Shown piece after piece: positions 39,741-43,592 of a stretch of DNA of 43,592 bases (the first letter of the stretch is position 1; every line of letters starts with the position of its first letter). Below the pieces are notes generated by a model. That model did no database searches. It was not told where the DNA came from and saw only the letters and a program-made list of their open reading frames with translations. The stretch comes from Sphyrna mokarran (Eukaryota). The stretch is from positions 1 through 43,592 of the forward strand of contig JAGIQG010000287.1 of NCBI GenBank assembly GCA_024679065.1, given 5' to 3'. The translations under genes and the position numbers were made by a program.

Positions 39741-39949
39741 TGAGAAAGTTACACCAGGGAAAAGCTTGAGTATTGACAGAGAGAAAGTGGGGGAGGGAGG
39801 TGTGCGGGTGGGTTGGGGTGGCGGGGAGTCGGTGGTAAACAGGAGAAAATAAACAACAAAAGAAGGCCTATCAATCTATCGAGCCTGCAAGAAAATAATC
39901 CCACGCAGGTCCCAACCACTTAATCCCAAATATTTACCATGACACCAGA

Positions 39950-40370
39950 CAATTTAGCATGGCCAATCCACCTGATTTACTAATCTTTGGACACTCAGGA
40001 ACAATTTAGCACGGCCAATCCACCTAACCTGCACATCTTTGGACACTAAGGGGCAATTTAGCATGGCCAATCCACCAGCCTGCACACTTTTGGACACTAA
40101 GAAGCAAGTTAGCATGGCCAATCCACCAGCCTGCACACTTTTGGACACTAAGAAGCAAGTTAGCATGGCTAATACAGCTAACCTTCGGATCCATGACACT
40201 TGGATTCAATTAACCTTGGCTAGTCCAGATGACCTACATATTCCTTAACATTAAGGGGCGATTTAAAGCAGCCAATCCATCCAATCTGCACATCTTTGGA
40301 CACTGAGGAATAATTTAGCACGGTCAATCCACCTAACCCGTACATCTTTGGAGATTGAGAGGAAACAGAA
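39950..40370 (-). repeat. Tandem array of a 51-52-bp SINE-core unit, about 8 copies
   Basis: caatttagcatggccaatccacctaacctgcacatctttggacactaagggg at about 39950, 40002, 40054, 40105, 40156, 40259, 40311. Confidence 0.9.
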
Positions 40371-40551
40371 ACATCCACAGGACATCCAGCGTAACTGAAT
40401 GGGATTGAAGTAGAGAGAGAGATGAAGGAATGAGTGAATGGTTCAACGCCGTGCTGTGACAGAGTGTGACACATTTCAATTTTACACACTTTCAGATTGG
40501 TCCCTAACTTTCAGACGGTGTCTTAGCCAGATATAAAAAGTGGGAGAGGAG

Positions 40552-40914
40552 AAGAACATAGAACATAGAACATAGAACATTACAGCACAGAACAGGCCCT
40601 TCGGCCTTCGATGTTGCGCCGACCAATATAAAAAGCAATGCCCCTCCAAACTAAACCATTCCTTCTCTTCCATATACTTATCAACTAACCTCTTAAACGC
40701 CACCAAACTTGGCGCATCTACAACCGCTGCAGGCAGGGCATTCCACTCCCGAACCACCCTTTGGGTAAAGAACCTGCCTCTGATATCCGGCCTATAACTA
40801 TCACCCCTTAATTTAAAGCTGTTTCCCCTCGTGCTAGCTTTTTCCATCCTAGGAAAAAGGCTATCACTGTCCACCCTATCTAAACCTCTAATCATCTTAT
40901 ATGTTTCGATCAGG
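40552..40914 (-). mobile_element. CR1 subfamily A 3' fragment
   Basis: [10 protein letters not shown].. plus tail. Confidence 0.95.
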
Positions 40915-41310
40915 TAAAGAAGAGGTGATTCGGTTTAACTTGTTTACTCTGCCATCTAATAACACCATGGCTAAGCATGTACATGAACCTCACTTCCCCC
41001 GGCCTCTTTCCCTTAGCGTTTAATCTATCCGTTCTAAAAAAAAAACTGTTTCTGTGTTTGAATATTCACTGTTTTCTATAGAAGATATAAAATATCAGAA
41101 AACGAAACTGGGAGGACAATGATAGGGTAGTGATGATTTCTATCTCCATGGAGATGCCCGCGGAGACATTTGCAAGAAAATACTCCCACCCACGTCCCAA
41201 TCACTTAATCCCAAAAATTTACAGTGACACTAAGAGATAATCTACAATGGCCCCTTGGTAAGTTGCCCCCCTTAATATGAAATGGATTGAAAAATGGTCA
41301 GTGTGAATAC

Positions 41311-41616
41311 CTCTCTGAGATGAGACACTTTCACTGAGAACACTTTCACTGAAGTTGACTTGAATGGCGCAAGTACAGTGAGCGCCGCTTCTCCAAGTTT
41401 CTGCCGAGACGCTGATGTAACTCCTGACGGTGTAGGTCCCGTCCGGCTCCAGTGTCCCCGAATCGGTCTGTCCCTCGGTATCTCTCCCTGAAACATTCCA
41501 GCTGATGGGAAAGGGATCGGGAGACACACCTCTGATCAAACACAACAATGGGACGCTTTTCATATCGGGAATCTCATCCAGCGGCGGGGTGAGGAGGAAT
41601 ATGGTGGGAGAACCCG
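41311..41616 (-). CDS. IgSF receptor exon: C1-set constant domain
   Basis: Acceptor ...tttAG after a 100-nt intron; donor G|GTATTC; phase 1/1; 306 nt. PTIFLLTP, LLCLIRGVSP, Trp at Cys+14 (ISWNVSG), DGTYTVRSYISV, TW..G..CTC follow the Ig/TCR/MHC C1-set pattern. Confidence 0.92.
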
Positions 41617-41716
41617 CTAAATCCAGTGAATGAAACAGAACACCCGTTAACTGGTGGAACAAGACACTTTATTATCTTTGAGAAACCCACTGAAAGAGAA
41701 TAATAATGGAATTTAC

Positions 41717-42055
41717 CCATAATCACTAACTTGGAGCCATTGCCGAATATTTGGGCCATTTTCGGGTAATTGGAGATTGCACAGTAATACACCCCAGAAT
41801 CATTTATCCGGGAATCCGCAATGGTAAGTGTATAAATACGCCCATTTTCAGAAATCTCGCTTGAATATCTCTCCACAACTGGACTGTTCTGGAACGCTGT
41901 ATAGATGGCATCGATGTTGTTTCTTCCCCTCTGTCTGTACCAGAAGACAGAGCCAGCAGCTTGCTCCTGGATGTGGCAGCGGAGATTAACAGAACACCCG
42001 GCAGGGAGCGTCTGAACCGGCGGAGACTGGGACACGGTTACTTGAGACACTGTAA
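41717..42055 (-). CDS. IgSF receptor exon: germline-joined V-J domain (non-rearranging)
   Basis: Acceptor ttttatctctctttctctttcccAG (alternative in-phase AG 6 nt downstream, exon start 42049); donor G|GTAAAT; phase 1/1; 339 nt. Translation has VSQSP, first Cys (LRC), WYRQ, YTLTI, DSGVYYC, an 11-aa CDR3-like loop and the J motif FGNGSKLVI in one exon. No RSS seen at the V-J junction. Confidence 0.93.
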
Positions 42056-42252
42056 CTGGGAAAGAGAAAGAGAGATAAAACAACAGTCACCTCAGATTAT
42101 GGACCATTCCTTGAAGATAGCGGACTGAAAGCCAATTGGGAGTAAACTTCAAACCAGCCTTCCATTCAATGACACATCCCGCTGCCTCGGGGAAAAGCAA
42201 CTAGCATGATCAAGGGTCCCCATGCACCCTGGGCATTCTCTCTTCCACCATT

Positions 42253-42335
42253 ATGGACTTTAGTAAGGCGTTTGATAAGGTGGCCCATGGAAGACTTCTG
42301 CAGAAAATGCAGATGTATGGGATAGAAGGTGATTT
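42253..42335 (+). mobile_element. Short CR1 RT fragment in inverted orientation abutting a LINE tail
   Basis: [27 protein letters not shown]; near reverse complement of about 43423-43505. Confidence 0.9.
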
Positions 42336-43592
42336 AGAACATAGAACATAGAACATAGAACAATACAGCACAGAACAGGCCCTTCGGCCTTCGATGTTGT
42401 GCCGACCAAAATAAAAAAGCAATGCCCCTCCAAACTAAACCATTCCCTTCTCTTCCATATACTTATCAACTAACCTCTTAAACGCACCAAACTTGGCGCA
42501 TCTACAACAGCTGCAGGCAGGGCATTCCACTCCCTAATCACTCTTTGAGTAAAGAACCTACCTCTGATATCCGTCCTATAACTCATACCCATTAATTTAA
42601 AGCTGTGTCCCCTCGTGCTAGCTTTCTCCATCCTAGGAAAAAGGCTATCACTGTCCACCCTATCTAAACCTCTAATCATCTTATATGTTTCGATTAGGTC
42701 CCCTCTTAGCCGCTCCTTTCTAACGAAAACAATCTCAAATCCCTCAGCCTCTCTTCATAAGACCTGCCCTCCATACCAGGCAACATCCTGGTAAACCTCC
42801 TCTGGACCCTCTCCAATGCCTCCACATCTTTCTTATAATGTGGGGACCAGAACTGCACACAATACTCCAAGTGCGGCCGCACTAGAGTTTTGTACAGCTG
42901 CAACATGATGCTGCGGCTCCGAAATTCAATCCCCCTACCCATAAAAGCTAAGACTCCATAAGCCTTCTTAACAACTTTATCCACTTGACTGCCTACTTTC
43001 AGGGATCTATTGACACATACACCAAGATCCTTCTGTTCCTCAACACTATTAAGAGCACTACCATTAGCCCTATACTCTACACATTTATTGTTCCTGCCAA
43101 AGTGCATTACCTCACACTTTTCCACATTAAACTCCATTTGCCACCTCTCGGCCCAGCTCTGCAACTTGTCCAAGTCACTCTGTAAACTAAAACACCCCTC
43201 TTCACTATATACCACACCACCAACTTTAGTATCATCTGCAAATTTACTGATCCATCCCTCAATACCCTCATCCAGATCATTTCTAAAAATTACAAACAGC
43301 AGGGGCCCCAAAACAGACCCCTGAGGCACACCACTCGTCACCGAACTCCACGATGAATATCTCCCATCAACCACCACCCTCTGTCTTCTATCTGCCAGCC
43401 AATTCCTAATCCAATTAGCTAAATCACACTCTATTCCACACATCTGCATTTTCTGTAGAAGTCTTCCATGGGCCACCTTATCAAAAGCCTTACTAAAGTC
43501 CATATATACTACATCAACCGCCTTACCCCCATCCACCTCTCTGGTCACTTTCTCAAAAAACTCAATGAGGTAGTAAGGCATGACCTACCCTT
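42336..43592 (-). mobile_element. CR1 subfamily A in the presumed leader-V intron, runs off the window
   Basis: ORF 42706-43581 with RT motifs; tail at 42336. Confidence 0.95.

Noticed and set aside
41717-42055. Rearranging TCR/Ig V segment or somatically rearranged VJ
   Set aside because: No heptamer/nonamer RSS seen, no J cluster, a 100-nt V-C intron, and an uncharged TM with a tyrosine-motif tail.

Overview
Eukaryotic, repeat-rich window from a cartilaginous fish, most likely a shark. The assignment rests on HE1-type tRNA SINEs, HER1/CR1 LINEs, Rex1/Babar-like LINEs and Penelope-like fragments. More than half of the window is retroelement debris and minisatellite, and nearly all long ORFs in the track are CR1 ORF2 fragments or their antisense shadows. 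The key non-repeat content is a spliced minus-strand gene with five phase-compatible GT-AG exons: 41717-42055 (germline-joined V-J domain), 41311-41616 (C1-set domain), 35339-35458 (Cys stalk plus uncharged TM), 35142-35200 (cytoplasmic exon 1) and 32241-32285 (cytoplasmic exon 2, TLYARL ITIM/ITSM-like motif, stop). It encodes a non-rearranging, TCR/Ig-chain-like VJ-C1-TM receptor with its own, probably inhibitory or switch-type, tyrosine motif. Its leader exon probably lies beyond the right edge. A candidate stop-containing leader exon (5148-5193) and a 3' splice tract at the left edge hint at a second tandem gene. Penelope-like fragments carry degenerate minimal hammerhead ribozyme motifs, one pair forming a roughly 230-bp fold-back inside the receptor intron. 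All calls come from manual reading; no database searches were run and repeat boundaries are approximate.
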